Part shown: in pieces, positions 43,674 through 52,748 of the stretch
How positions within the stretch are numbered: the stretch's first letter is position 1
Layout of the letters: each line of letters starts with the position of its first letter
Source of the DNA: an uncultured Gemmatimonadales bacterium
GTDB lineage: Bacteria; Gemmatimonadota; Gemmatimonadetes; Longimicrobiales; RSA9
Assembly: GCA_963816355.1 (NCBI GenBank)
Contig: CAWFKH010000004.1
Span: 352,001 to 416,000 of the forward strand
Length of the DNA: 64,000 nucleotides
Direction: 5' to 3'
Translations under genes and position numbers: made by a program
The notes under the pieces: model-generated
Told to the model about the DNA's origin: nothing
Seen by the model: the letters and a program-made list of their open reading frames with translations, nothing else
Database searches by the model: none

Positions 43674-46171
43674 GCGGCGTGGTGGCGATCACGATCGTTG
43701 TGAAGGCGACGTCGCTGCTCGCGCTCGCGGGCGTCGTCGCGGCGTCGCTGCGGCGCGCTCCGGCGGCGGCACGGCACCTGGTGTGGGCGCTGGCGCTGGG
43801 CGCGACGGTGGCGGTGCCGGTGGTGGAGATGGCGGGGCCGCGTCTGGATGTGCGGGCGCCGTGGCCGTGGGTGGGGGCCACGGCGGCGGCAGCGGACGCC
43901 GGGCTGGACGCCGGGCTGGATGCCGTGCGCGAGGACGGCGCCCTGCCGCCCGGAGCCTCGTCGCGTCGCGCGACGCTGCCGGTCCCGGGTCGTGGCGCGC
44001 GTCCGGGGACGGAGGCGGCGAAGCGAGCGGCGGCGGGCGCGGCGAGCGGCGCGGCGAGCGAGCGCGCGGCAGCCGGCTCGCGGCTCGCGGTGAGGCGTTC
44101 CGGGGCGGCCGCGCTGGTCGCGGCGGCGGCCCGCGCGGCGCCGCTGCTGTGGGCGGCGGGCGCGCTCGCGGTGCTGCTGCGGCTGCTGGTGGGGCGCCTC
44201 GCGCTGGCGCGGCTGGCGCGGCGCGGGGCGGCGGTGGAAGGCGACGTCGCCGCAATGGCGGCGGAGGCGGCGCGCGCGCTCGGCGTGCGTCGTCGCGTGC
44301 GGCTGGTCGCGTCGCCCGCGGCGGGGACGCCGTTGGCCTTCGGCGCGTTCCGTCCGGTGGTCGTGCTTCCGGCGGCGGCGGCGGCGTGGCCGCGTGCGCG
44401 GCTGCGCTCGGCGCTGCTGCACGAGGTCGCACACGTGGCGCGTCGCGACGCGCTCACGCAGCTCCTCGCGGGGATCGCGTGCGCGCTCTACTGGTTCCAC
44501 CCGGGTGCGTGGGCGGCGGCGCGGCGCCAGCGCGCGGAGCGGGAGCGCGCGTGCGACGACCGCGTGATCGCGGCCGGGACGTCCGGCACCGACTACGCGG
44601 CGCATCTGCTGCAGGTGGCGCGCTCGGCGCACGTAGCCGGGGCCCACGCCATGGTCGCGGTGGCGATGGCCCGGCCGTCGCAGCTCGAGGGCCGGCTGCT
44701 CGCCGCGCTCGATGCGGTCCGCCCCCGCGGCGCCGTCGGGCGGACGACGACGCTCTGCGCTTCGGCCGCCGCGATCCTCGTCGCACTCGGCGTGGGCTCC
44801 CTGCGCCCGGCGCGAGCGCAGCAGCCGGCCGCGAAGCCGACGCCGGCCGCGACGCCGGCGCTGACCGCGACGCCCACGCCGGCCGCGAAGCCGACGCCGG
44901 CCGCGAAGCCGGCGCTGACCGCGACGCCGGCGCTGACCGCGACGCCCACGCCGGCCGCCGCGGTTCCCGCCACGCGACGGGCGCAGCAGCCGATCGTCGA
45001 GGGACGGCTTCCCGCGCGCCCGGGCGAGCGGATCCGCTTCGACCTCCCGACCGGGGGCACGATCGAGGTGCAGCCGTGGGACCGCGACAGCGTGCGGGTG
45101 GTGGCGCACCTCGGCGGTCCGGACGCCGCGAACACGAACGTCGCGATCCGGCGCGACGGGAGCGGCGTCGTCGTCGTCTCCAGCTTCGACCGGCCGAAGC
45201 AGCGGCAGAGCACCGAGCACCACTTCGAAGCGCGGGTGCCGCGCCGCTTCGACGTGGAGATCCGCTCGGCGGGCGGCGAGGTGGACATCGACGGCCTCTC
45301 CGGCGAGATCACCGGCAGCACCGGCGGCGGCGAGCTCCGCCTGGCGCACATCGACGGGCGTGTCGATCTGTCGACGGGGGGCGGCGACGTGCTGGTGGAG
45401 GATTCCCGCGCCTCGGGCCGCGTCTCGACCGGCGGCGGCGTGGTCACGCTCGACCACGTGGAGGGCAGCCTCGTCGGCTACTCGGGCAGCGGCGGCTCGG
45501 TGCGCGCGAGCGGAGCGGGCGCGGACGCGCCCGGGGCGGCGAGCTCTTCGACGGTCGTCACCACGGGCGGCTCCGGGAGCGGCGCCGCGGGCGCCGCGTC
45601 GAGCGCCTCCGGTGTGGCGGTGGGGACGTCGGCCGCCTCCGGGGCTGGCGGCGCCGGCTCGCCGGTCCGGATCCAGAAGGCGGGCGGCGGCATCACCGTG
45701 GGCCGGGCGCCGCTGGGTGCGCACCTGGTGACCGGCGGCGGCGACGTGGTCGTCGGCGCCTCCGGCGGCGAGGTGAGCGTCTGGACTGGCGGGGGCAGCG
45801 TGCGGCTCGACGGGGTGTCCGGCTCGGCGGCCGTCGGCACCGGCGCCGGCGACGTCGAGGTGAGCGTCGTCGGCGCAGGCGCGCACTCGCTCGACATCCG
45901 CTCCGGCAACGGCCGCGTGGTGCTCACGCTACCGCCCGGGCTGGATGCCCGGCTCGAGATCGAGACGGCGTACACGAACAACCTTGGCCACCGCACGCGC
46001 ATCGAGAGCGATTTTCCGCTCGACGTCCGGGAGACCGAGCGCTGGGACGACACTCACGGAACGCCTCGCCGCTACGTCCGCGGTCGCGCCGTCCTCGGCC
46101 GGGGCGAGGGACGGATCCGCGTCGTGACGGTGAACGGCGACGTCGTCATCCGCCGCGGCGGCGACGAGTGA
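43670..46171 (+). CDS. M56 (BlaR1-like) metallopeptidase/sensor fused to a DUF4097-like domain
   Basis: LLHEVAHVARRD, YWFHP, ERACDD; Thr/Pro/Ala repeat linker; STGGG beta-strand repeats. Confidence 0.9.
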   Translation: MSGVVAITIVVKATSLLALAGVVAASLRRAPAAARHLVWALALGATVAVPVVEMAGPRLDVRAPWPWVGATAAAADAGLDAGLDAVREDGALPPGASSRRATLPVPGRGARPGTEAAKRAAAGAASGAASERAAAGSRLAVRRSGAAALVAAAARAAPLLWAAGALAVLLRLLVGRLALARLARRGAAVEGDVAAMAAEAARALGVRRRVRLVASPAAGTPLAFGAFRPVVVLPAAAAAWPRARLRSALLHEVAHVARRDALTQLLAGIACALYWFHPGAWAAARRQRAERERACDDRVIAAGTSGTDYAAHLLQVARSAHVAGAHAMVAVAMARPSQLEGRLLAALDAVRPRGAVGRTTTLCASAAAILVALGVGSLRPARAQQPAAKPTPAATPALTATPTPAAKPTPAAKPALTATPALTATPTPAAAVPATRRAQQPIVEGRLPARPGERIRFDLPTGGTIEVQPWDRDSVRVVAHLGGPDAANTNVAIRRDGSGVVVVSSFDRPKQRQSTEHHFEARVPRRFDVEIRSAGGEVDIDGLSGEITGSTGGGELRLAHIDGRVDLSTGGGDVLVEDSRASGRVSTGGGVVTLDHVEGSLVGYSGSGGSVRASGAGADAPGAASSSTVVTTGGSGSGAAGAASSASGVAVGTSAASGAGGAGSPVRIQKAGGGITVGRAPLGAHLVTGGGDVVVGASGGEVSVWTGGGSVRLDGVSGSAAVGTGAGDVEVSVVGAGAHSLDIRSGNGRVVLTLPPGLDARLEIETAYTNNLGHRTRIESDFPLDVRETERWDDTHGTPRRYVRGRAVLGRGEGRIRVVTVNGDVVIRRGGDE

Positions 46172-47561
46172 AGCGCTCGCGCCGCCTGCCGCCGCCCGCG
46201 CCCTCGCGGCGGCCGGCGGCGCCGCCCTCACGCCGGCCGGAGCCGCTCGGCGCCTCGCCTCGCGTCTGCGAAGCTTGCGGCTGCGCCGGCCGCTCCGCCT
46301 TTGCGCGCGTGCGCGCCCGTTCCTCCGCCCTGCGGCCGCGAATCTCGGCGATCCGCTCGCCGATCGGCACTTCGAAGCGGCCGTCGGGCTGCTGTGCGTA
46401 GTCGAAGCCGTCGAGGGTGCGCCGCTCGATCGTGCGGCCGAGCGTGCGCTCGATGGCGCGCAGGTCCCTCTCCTCTTCCGGCGACACGAAGGTGTACGCC
46501 TCGCCGGTGGCTTCGGCGCGCGCCGTGCGGCCAACGCGGTGTATGTAGTCCTCGGGAGCGGCCGGCAGGTCGAAGTTGACGACGTGGTCGAGCGCCTCGA
46601 CGTCGATGCCCCGCGCGACGATGTCGGTCGCGGCGAGCACCTGGTAGCGCCCCTCCTTGAAGCCGGCCAGGGCGTCGGTGCGCTGCGACTGGCTGCGGTT
46701 GCCGTGGATGCGGGCCACCGAAACGCCGTGCTTGGCGAGCTTCTGGGCCAGTCGGTTCGCCCGATGCTTGGTGCGGCAGAAGGCGATGACGCTGCCGATC
46801 TCGCGGCGCCGGATCAGCTCCACCAGCAGGGCCACCTTGAGGGCGGCGGGCACCGGATACAGCGCGTGCGTGATGCCGTGCGCCGGCGCCTGCTTCTTCT
46901 GCACCTGGATGGTCGCGGGCGCGCGCAGCATCTCCTGCGACAGCGTCGCGATCTCCGGCGGCATGGTGGCGGAGAAGAAGAGCGTCTGGCGCTCGCCCTG
47001 CGGCAGGTGGCGCAGGACGCGACGGATGTCCGGAAGGAATCCCATGTCGAGCATGCGGTCCGCTTCGTCGAGCACCAGCACCTCGATCTGCGGAAGCCGC
47101 GCGTAGTCGTGCCGGAAATGGTCGAGCAGGCGGCCCGGCGTCGCGACGATCACCTCCACGCCGCGGCGAAACGCCTGCTCCTGCGGCGCGATGCCAACGC
47201 CGCCGTACACCGCCGCCGCGCGCAGCCCCGTGCCGGCCGCCAGGTCGTGGAAATGGTCGACGATCTGGGCCGCGAGCTCGCGGGTGGGTGTGATCACGAG
47301 CGCCCGCGTCGCGCCCCGCGGGCGCGTCCGCAGCCGCTGCAGGATCGGCAGCAGGAACGCCGCCGTCTTGCCGCTCCCCGTCATCGCCGACGCCAGAACG
47401 TCACGCCCCGCGATCGCGACCGGGATCGCCTGCTGCTGCACCGGCGTCGGCCGCGTGAAGCCGAGCGCGGCGACGGTGCGAAGCAGATCTTCGTGCAGCC
47501 CGAGGCCGGCGAAGCCGGAATCGGTGGGTGCGTCGCCGCCCGCGGGCGCCGACGTCGTCAT
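46146..47561 (-). CDS. DEAD-box RNA helicase (RhlE-like)
   Basis: Q motif, AMTGSGKT, PTRELA, TPGRL, DEAD, SAT, ARGID, HRVGRTAR. Confidence 0.97.
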   Translation of the reverse strand: MTTSAPAGGDAPTDSGFAGLGLHEDLLRTVAALGFTRPTPVQQQAIPVAIAGRDVLASAMTGSGKTAAFLLPILQRLRTRPRGATRALVITPTRELAAQIVDHFHDLAAGTGLRAAAVYGGVGIAPQEQAFRRGVEVIVATPGRLLDHFRHDYARLPQIEVLVLDEADRMLDMGFLPDIRRVLRHLPQGERQTLFFSATMPPEIATLSQEMLRAPATIQVQKKQAPAHGITHALYPVPAALKVALLVELIRRREIGSVIAFCRTKHRANRLAQKLAKHGVSVARIHGNRSQSQRTDALAGFKEGRYQVLAATDIVARGIDVEALDHVVNFDLPAAPEDYIHRVGRTARAEATGEAYTFVSPEEERDLRAIERTLGRTIERRTLDGFDYAQQPDGRFEVPIGERIAEIRGRRAEERARTRAKAERPAQPQASQTRGEAPSGSGRREGGAAGRREGAGGGRRRERFTRRRRGG

Positions 47562-47629
47562 CGTATCCTTCATTCCATCTCTCTTCCACACAGCGGGATG
47601 CCGGCTCCCCGCCGGCGGGTCGAGCGCGC

Positions 47630-47665
47630 AAAAAAAGAGGGCCCCGGGCCGAACCCGAGTCCCTC
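47630..47665 (-). terminator. Intrinsic terminator upstream of the helicase gene
   Basis: Minus strand reads GAGGGACTCGGG-TTCGG-CCCGGGGCCCTC-TTTTTTT. Confidence 0.75.
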
Positions 47666-47834
47666 GCGCGTCTCGGTGCCGGCGGAACGCCGGCGGTCTA
47701 GCTCATACAAGATAGCGGAACGCGCCCTACCGCGCTACACGGAGGAGATAGCGGAGGGGGTGCGAAGGGACTGCGGAGGGATGGGGAGATCGCGGAGGGG
47801 CGCGGAGGGATGCCCGGTCCCGCGCGCTCCCTCC

Positions 47835-48038
47835 CTACGCACGCCGTTCGCAGCCGGGGAACCCGACGCGGCCGAGGAGGCGCTCGAGCGGACAGAAGTC
47901 CGTCACGCTCGACTGCAGCAGGTTCAGCCCGACGAAGGCGGTGAACGCCAGCCAGGCCGGGTGGACGAAGAACGCGAGCGCCACGGAGAGAAGCACGAAC
48001 GCGCCGGCGAAGCGGCGGATGATCCTGTCTTCACACAC
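47835..48038 (-). CDS. DUF2892 (YgaP-like) small membrane protein
   Basis: IRRFAGAFVLLS...FTAFVGLNLLQSSVTDFCPLE. Confidence 0.9.
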   Translation of the reverse strand: MCEDRIIRRFAGAFVLLSVALAFFVHPAWLAFTAFVGLNLLQSSVTDFCPLERLLGRVGFPGCERRA

Positions 48039-48086
48039 GGTATCCCCCGGAGTTGCGGAGTCGCGAATCGCCCTCGAGAGAGCGGT

Positions 48087-48377
48087 TCAGAAGAAGGTCT
48101 CGATCGGCATCACGGCGACGTGGAGCCGTTCGTCGCCGTCGAGCGCTTCCGCCTCGGCGCGCAGCGCATCGACGAGCTCGTCGACGCGCTCGTCCGGCAC
48201 GGCGCTGAAGAGCACCTCGGACTCGCCCGGCCACGCGCGCGTCCCGGCGCGCCGGCCGGTGGCGCCGGCGCCGTGCGCGTGGTCCATCTCGGTGTAGCCG
48301 CCCACGCGGTGCTCCTCGAGGAGGTCCTGCACGAGGTTCCTGCGGCTGCCGCTGTAGACGATGAGGAGCAGCTTCAC
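48087..48377 (-). CDS. PII-like transporter-associated protein
   Basis: MKLLLIVY...GGYT....HGAG.TG...GTRAWPG...VMPIE; coupled to the RND stop. Confidence 0.8.
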   Translation of the reverse strand: MKLLLIVYSGSRRNLVQDLLEEHRVGGYTEMDHAHGAGATGRRAGTRAWPGESEVLFSAVPDERVDELVDALRAEAEALDGDERLHVAVMPIETFF

Positions 48378-51300
48378 GCGTCACCTTCCTCCCCGTTCGA
48401 GGGCTCCGCCGCCGGAGCCGTGAAGGCCGCCGCCGGTGCGGTGAAGGCCGCCGCCGGTGCGGTGAAAGCCGCCGCCGGTGCGGTGAGGACCGGAGCGGCC
48501 GCGGCGTGCCGCGCCTGCCGGGATCGCAGCTCCCAGTAGAGCAGGGGGACGACGACCATGGTGAGGGCCGTCGCGACGACGGCGCCGCTCATGAGCGACA
48601 CGGCGAGCCCCTGGAAGATCGGGTCGAGCACGATGACCACGGCGCCGACCACGACGGCGGCGGCGGTGAGCGCGATGGGGCGGAATCGCACGGCGCCCGC
48701 CTCGAGGACCGCCTCGTGGAGGGTGCGGCCGCGCGCCTCGGCGAGCTGGATGAAGTCGACCAGCAGGATCGAGTTGCGCACGATGATGCCCGCCAGCGCG
48801 ATCATGCCGATCATCGACGTCGCCGTGAAGAAGGCGCCGAACGCGGCGTGGCCGGGCAGGATCCCGACGAGCGTGAGCGGGATCGGCGCCATGATGACGA
48901 GCGGGATCGTGAAGCTCTCGAACCAGCCGACGACGAGGACGTAGATCAGGAGCAGCGCGCCGAGGAAGGCGAGCCCGAGGTCGCGGAAGACCTCGATGGT
49001 GACCTGCCACTCGCCGTCCCACTTCACGGCGGCTTCGTCGAGGCGGTCCGGCTGCGTCGCGTTGTAGCGGCCAACGGCCTGCCCGCCGATGCGGAGCCGG
49101 TCCAGCGCCCGGTTCATGCCGAGGATCGCGTACACCGGAGACTCGATGGTGCCCGCGACGTCGCCGGTGACGTAGATCACGGGCCGCAGGTTCTTGCGGA
49201 AGCGGGAGCGCTCGCGCGTCGCGTTCTCGACGCGCACGAAGCGGCCGAGCGGCTGCGGCCCGGTCGCGGTGGCGACGGGGATCGTGAGCAGCGCCTCGAC
49301 GGAGGAGCGGTCGGCGATGTCGAGCCGCGGCACGATCGCGATCCCTTCACGCGCCGTCGGCGACGCGGCGAACGTGGCGGACGCGCCCGAGAGCGCCATC
49401 GCGAGCGTCCGCACGACCGCCTCGACCCCCGCCCCCGCGGCCGCCGCGCGCACCCGGTCGACGCGGAAGTTGCGCTCGTGCTGCGGCGCCTCGACCGTCC
49501 AGTCCACGTCGACGACGCCCGCCGTGCGCTCGAAGATGCGCCGCACCCGTTGCGCCACCTCGAGGCGCGTCGCATCGTCGCCGGCGTACACCTCGGCGAC
49601 CATCGTGGAGAGCACCGGCGGCCCCGGCGGGATTTCGGCCACCTTCACGCTCGCGCCGTAGAGCCGGGCGATCGAATCGACGCCGGGCCGCACGGCGACC
49701 GCGATCGCGTGGCTCTGGCGGTGGCGCTCGCCCTTGGGGAGCAGGTTCACCTGGACGTCCGCCACGTTCGCGCCGCGGCGCATGAAATAGTGGCGCACGA
49801 GGCCGTTGAAGTTGAACGGCGCCGCCGTCCCCGCGTACGTCTGCGTGCTTTCGACCTCCTGGACCCGGCGCAGGTAGGCCGCCACCTCCTGCGCGGCGGC
49901 CGCGCTCGTCTCCAGCGTGGCGCCCTCCGGCAGGTCGAGCACCACCTGGAACTCACTCTTGTTGTCGAACGGCAGCATCTTCACCTGCACCGCGCGCACG
50001 GCGACCAGTCCGACCGACAGCGCGAGCAGCGCGAGGACGGCGGCGTAGAAGCCGAGGCGCAGGCGGCGACGCTCCATCAGCGGCGTCATGATGCGCGCGT
50101 AGAGGCGGGCGAAGCGCCCCTCCTCCTCCGGCTCGTGGCTGCGGTCGCGGCCCGCTGCGGGCGCGGCCTCCGCGACGTGGCCGCGCAGCAGCCGCACCGT
50201 CAGCCACGGCGTCACGACGAACGCGACGCCGAGCGAGAAGAGCATCGCGACCGACGCGCCGACCGGAATCGGCCGCATGTACGGCCCCATCATCCCCGAC
50301 ACCACCGCCATCGGCAGGATCGCCGCGATCACCGTGAACGTCGCCAGGATCGTCGGATTTCCCACCTCGTCGACCGCCTCCACCGCCGCGGCCTCCGCCT
50401 CGCGGTCGCCCCGCTTCAGGTGCCGGTAGATGTTCTCCACCACGACGATCGCGTCGTCGACCAGGATGCCGATCGAGAAGATCAGCGCGAAGAGCGTGAT
50501 CCGGTTCAGCGTGTAGCCGAGCGCGTAGTAGACGAAGAGCGTGAGCGCCAGCGTGACCGGCACGGCCACGAGCACGACCATCGCCTCGCGCCAGCCGAGG
50601 AAGACGCCGATCAGCAGCGTCACCGCCAGCGTCGCCAGGCCCAGGTGCAGCATCAGCTCGCGCGCCTTCTCCGCCGCCGTCTCGCCGTAGTCACGCGTGA
50701 TCGAGACGCCGACGTCGCGCGGCACGATCCGGCCCCGCGCCGCGTCCACCCGCTCCAGCACGCGCCGCGCGACCGCCGTCGCGTTCGCCCCCCGCCTCTT
50801 CGCGACCGAAAGCGTCACCGCGCGCTCCGGCGCGCCGCCGCGCTCCGCGTGCGCGACGTAGCTCACGGGATCGCCGAAGCTCTCCTCGAGGCGCGCGACG
50901 TCCCGCACGCGGACCGGACCGGCGCCCCGCGCGCTCACCACCACGGCGCCCACGTCCTCGGCGGTGACCAGCGGCGCGCCCACGTCGACGCGATAGACGA
51001 CGTCGCCCGCGGCGTACTCGCCCGCCTGCAGCCGCACGTTCGCCGCCGCCAGCGCGGCCGCCACCTCTCCGGGCGACACGCCGCTGGCGGCGAGCCGGGC
51101 GGGCTCGAGCGTGACGCGGATCTCCGGCGCTCTGCCGCCGATCACCTCGGTCTCCGAGACGTCCGGGACGGTGCGGACCTCCGCCTCCAGGTGCTTCGCG
51201 ATGCGCCGCAGCTCGTTCGAGCCATACGCCCGCGAGTGCAGCGTGAGCGCCAGGATCGGCACCTCGTCGATCGAGTGCGGCACGACCAGCGGCGGCGGCG

Positions 51301-51673
51301 CGCCGGGCGGCGCGACGTTCAGCGCGGCGAGCTTCGCGTGGACCTTCGTCACGCTCCGCTCCTGGTCCTCTCCGACGCGAAAGCGCACCGTCACCAGCGC
51401 GCGTCCCTCGTCCGCCGTCGAGTACACGTACTCGACGCCAGGGATCTCCCACATCGCGCGCTCGATCGGACGGACCAGCACGTTCTCCACCTCCCGCGGC
51501 CGCGCCCCCGGCAGCGCGCCGACGACGTCGATCATCGGGACGGAGATCTGCGGCTCCTCCTCGCGCGGCGTCAGCACGATCGCGATCGCGCCCACCGCCA
51601 GCGCCGCGAACGTGACGAGCGGCGTCAGCTTCGAATGCAGGAAGGCCTTCGCGATGCGGCCGGAGGCGCCCAC
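48374..51673 (-). CDS. RND efflux transporter permease (AcrB/AcrD/AcrF family)
   Basis: TPREEEPQI, SIGILVDDAIVVVENI, GIIVRNSILLVDF, RFRPIALT. Confidence 0.97.
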   Translation of the reverse strand: MGASGRIAKAFLHSKLTPLVTFAALAVGAIAIVLTPREEEPQISVPMIDVVGALPGARPREVENVLVRPIERAMWEIPGVEYVYSTADEGRALVTVRFRVGEDQERSVTKVHAKLAALNVAPPGAPPPLVVPHSIDEVPILALTLHSRAYGSNELRRIAKHLEAEVRTVPDVSETEVIGGRAPEIRVTLEPARLAASGVSPGEVAAALAAANVRLQAGEYAAGDVVYRVDVGAPLVTAEDVGAVVVSARGAGPVRVRDVARLEESFGDPVSYVAHAERGGAPERAVTLSVAKRRGANATAVARRVLERVDAARGRIVPRDVGVSITRDYGETAAEKARELMLHLGLATLAVTLLIGVFLGWREAMVVLVAVPVTLALTLFVYYALGYTLNRITLFALIFSIGILVDDAIVVVENIYRHLKRGDREAEAAAVEAVDEVGNPTILATFTVIAAILPMAVVSGMMGPYMRPIPVGASVAMLFSLGVAFVVTPWLTVRLLRGHVAEAAPAAGRDRSHEPEEEGRFARLYARIMTPLMERRRLRLGFYAAVLALLALSVGLVAVRAVQVKMLPFDNKSEFQVVLDLPEGATLETSAAAAQEVAAYLRRVQEVESTQTYAGTAAPFNFNGLVRHYFMRRGANVADVQVNLLPKGERHRQSHAIAVAVRPGVDSIARLYGASVKVAEIPPGPPVLSTMVAEVYAGDDATRLEVAQRVRRIFERTAGVVDVDWTVEAPQHERNFRVDRVRAAAAGAGVEAVVRTLAMALSGASATFAASPTAREGIAIVPRLDIADRSSVEALLTIPVATATGPQPLGRFVRVENATRERSRFRKNLRPVIYVTGDVAGTIESPVYAILGMNRALDRLRIGGQAVGRYNATQPDRLDEAAVKWDGEWQVTIEVFRDLGLAFLGALLLIYVLVVGWFESFTIPLVIMAPIPLTLVGILPGHAAFGAFFTATSMIGMIALAGIIVRNSILLVDFIQLAEARGRTLHEAVLEAGAVRFRPIALTAAAVVVGAVVIVLDPIFQGLAVSLMSGAVVATALTMVVVPLLYWELRSRQARHAAAAPVLTAPAAAFTAPAAAFTAPAAAFTAPAAEPSNGEEGDA

Positions 51674-51674
51674 G

Positions 51675-52748
51675 TCACGCGCCTCCCGCCGCCGCAACCG
51701 GCAGCAGCACGCGGTCCCCGGCGCGCAGCCCCGAGACGACCTCGACCATGCCGTCGTGCGCGCGGCCGAGCCGCACCCAGCGCAGCTCCTCGCCGTCCGC
51801 TCCCCACAGACGCACCCCCGTCAGGTCGCCCTCGCGCACGACCGCCACCGCCGGCACCAGGACCGCCGCGCGCCGCCCCTGCCGCAGCGCGAGCGTCGCC
51901 GCGCTCCCCGGCAGGAAGCGCCCCTCCGCGTTGCCGATGAGCGCGTTCACCCGGTACAGGTTGCCGCCCGGCGCCGGTACCACCCCCTCGACGATCGCGC
52001 GGGCGGTGTCGCCCTCGAGCGTCGCCGTGATCGTGTCGCCGCGGGCGAGCCGCCGCACCGCATCCGGAGGACTCGTGACCGCGATCCGCAGCCGACTCGG
52101 GTCCTGCACCGTCACCAGCGGAGCCCCGGGCGCCGCGAACGCGCCCTCGTCCACGTAGCGCGCCGTCACCACGCCGCCGAACGGCGCCCGGATCGTCGCG
52201 TACGCCTCCACCGCGGCGAGCTCCCCCTCCCGCGCCCTCGCCGCCCGCACCCCCGACTCCGCCCGCTCGAGCGCGCTCTCCGCCGCCTCGAGCTGCGCCT
52301 TCGGCGCCGCGGAGTCGGCATACAGCGCCCTCAGCCGCACCGCGTGGCGCGACGCCTCCCCCCGCATCGACTCCGCTTCCTCGATCGCCGCCCCCACCGC
52401 GGCCCGCTTCGCCCGCAGCTCGCGCGCGTCGATCCGCACGAGCGGCTCACCCGCCGTGACCCGGTCCCCCTCCCGCACCAGCACCGCCTCCACGCTCCCC
52501 ATCAGCTTCGTGCTCAGCGTCGCCTCCGCCACCGCGTTCGCTACGCCCGCCGCGTCCACCACGGCCTCCACGACGGTGTCCCTCACCGTGTAGACCGCGG
52601 CCGGGGGAGGTGCCCCGTCGCCTTCCGCTCCCGCCGCCGCCACGGCGTCCCCACCCCCGCAGGCCGCCACGAGCAAGAGCCCCGCGACGACCGAGAGCCC
52701 CGCGACCGACAACGCCGTGATCGACCTCATCTCGACTGCCCTCCTCAT
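51675..52748 (-). CDS. RND periplasmic adaptor (MFP), lipoprotein
   Basis: VAA-C lipobox; VLVREGDRV..GEPLV; IRAPFGGVV; VEVVSGLRAGDRV. Confidence 0.95.
   Translation of the reverse strand: MRRAVEMRSITALSVAGLSVVAGLLLVAACGGGDAVAAAGAEGDGAPPPAAVYTVRDTVVEAVVDAAGVANAVAEATLSTKLMGSVEAVLVREGDRVTAGEPLVRIDARELRAKRAAVGAAIEEAESMRGEASRHAVRLRALYADSAAPKAQLEAAESALERAESGVRAARAREGELAAVEAYATIRAPFGGVVTARYVDEGAFAAPGAPLVTVQDPSRLRIAVTSPPDAVRRLARGDTITATLEGDTARAIVEGVVPAPGGNLYRVNALIGNAEGRFLPGSAATLALRQGRRAAVLVPAVAVVREGDLTGVRLWGADGEELRWVRLGRAHDGMVEVVSGLRAGDRVLLPVAAAGGA

Noticed and set aside
48506..51940. Long antisense ORFs (also 7066-9987, 36598-38721, 58928-61219 and similar)
   Set aside because: They are shadows of well-supported genes on the opposite strand and carry no family motifs.
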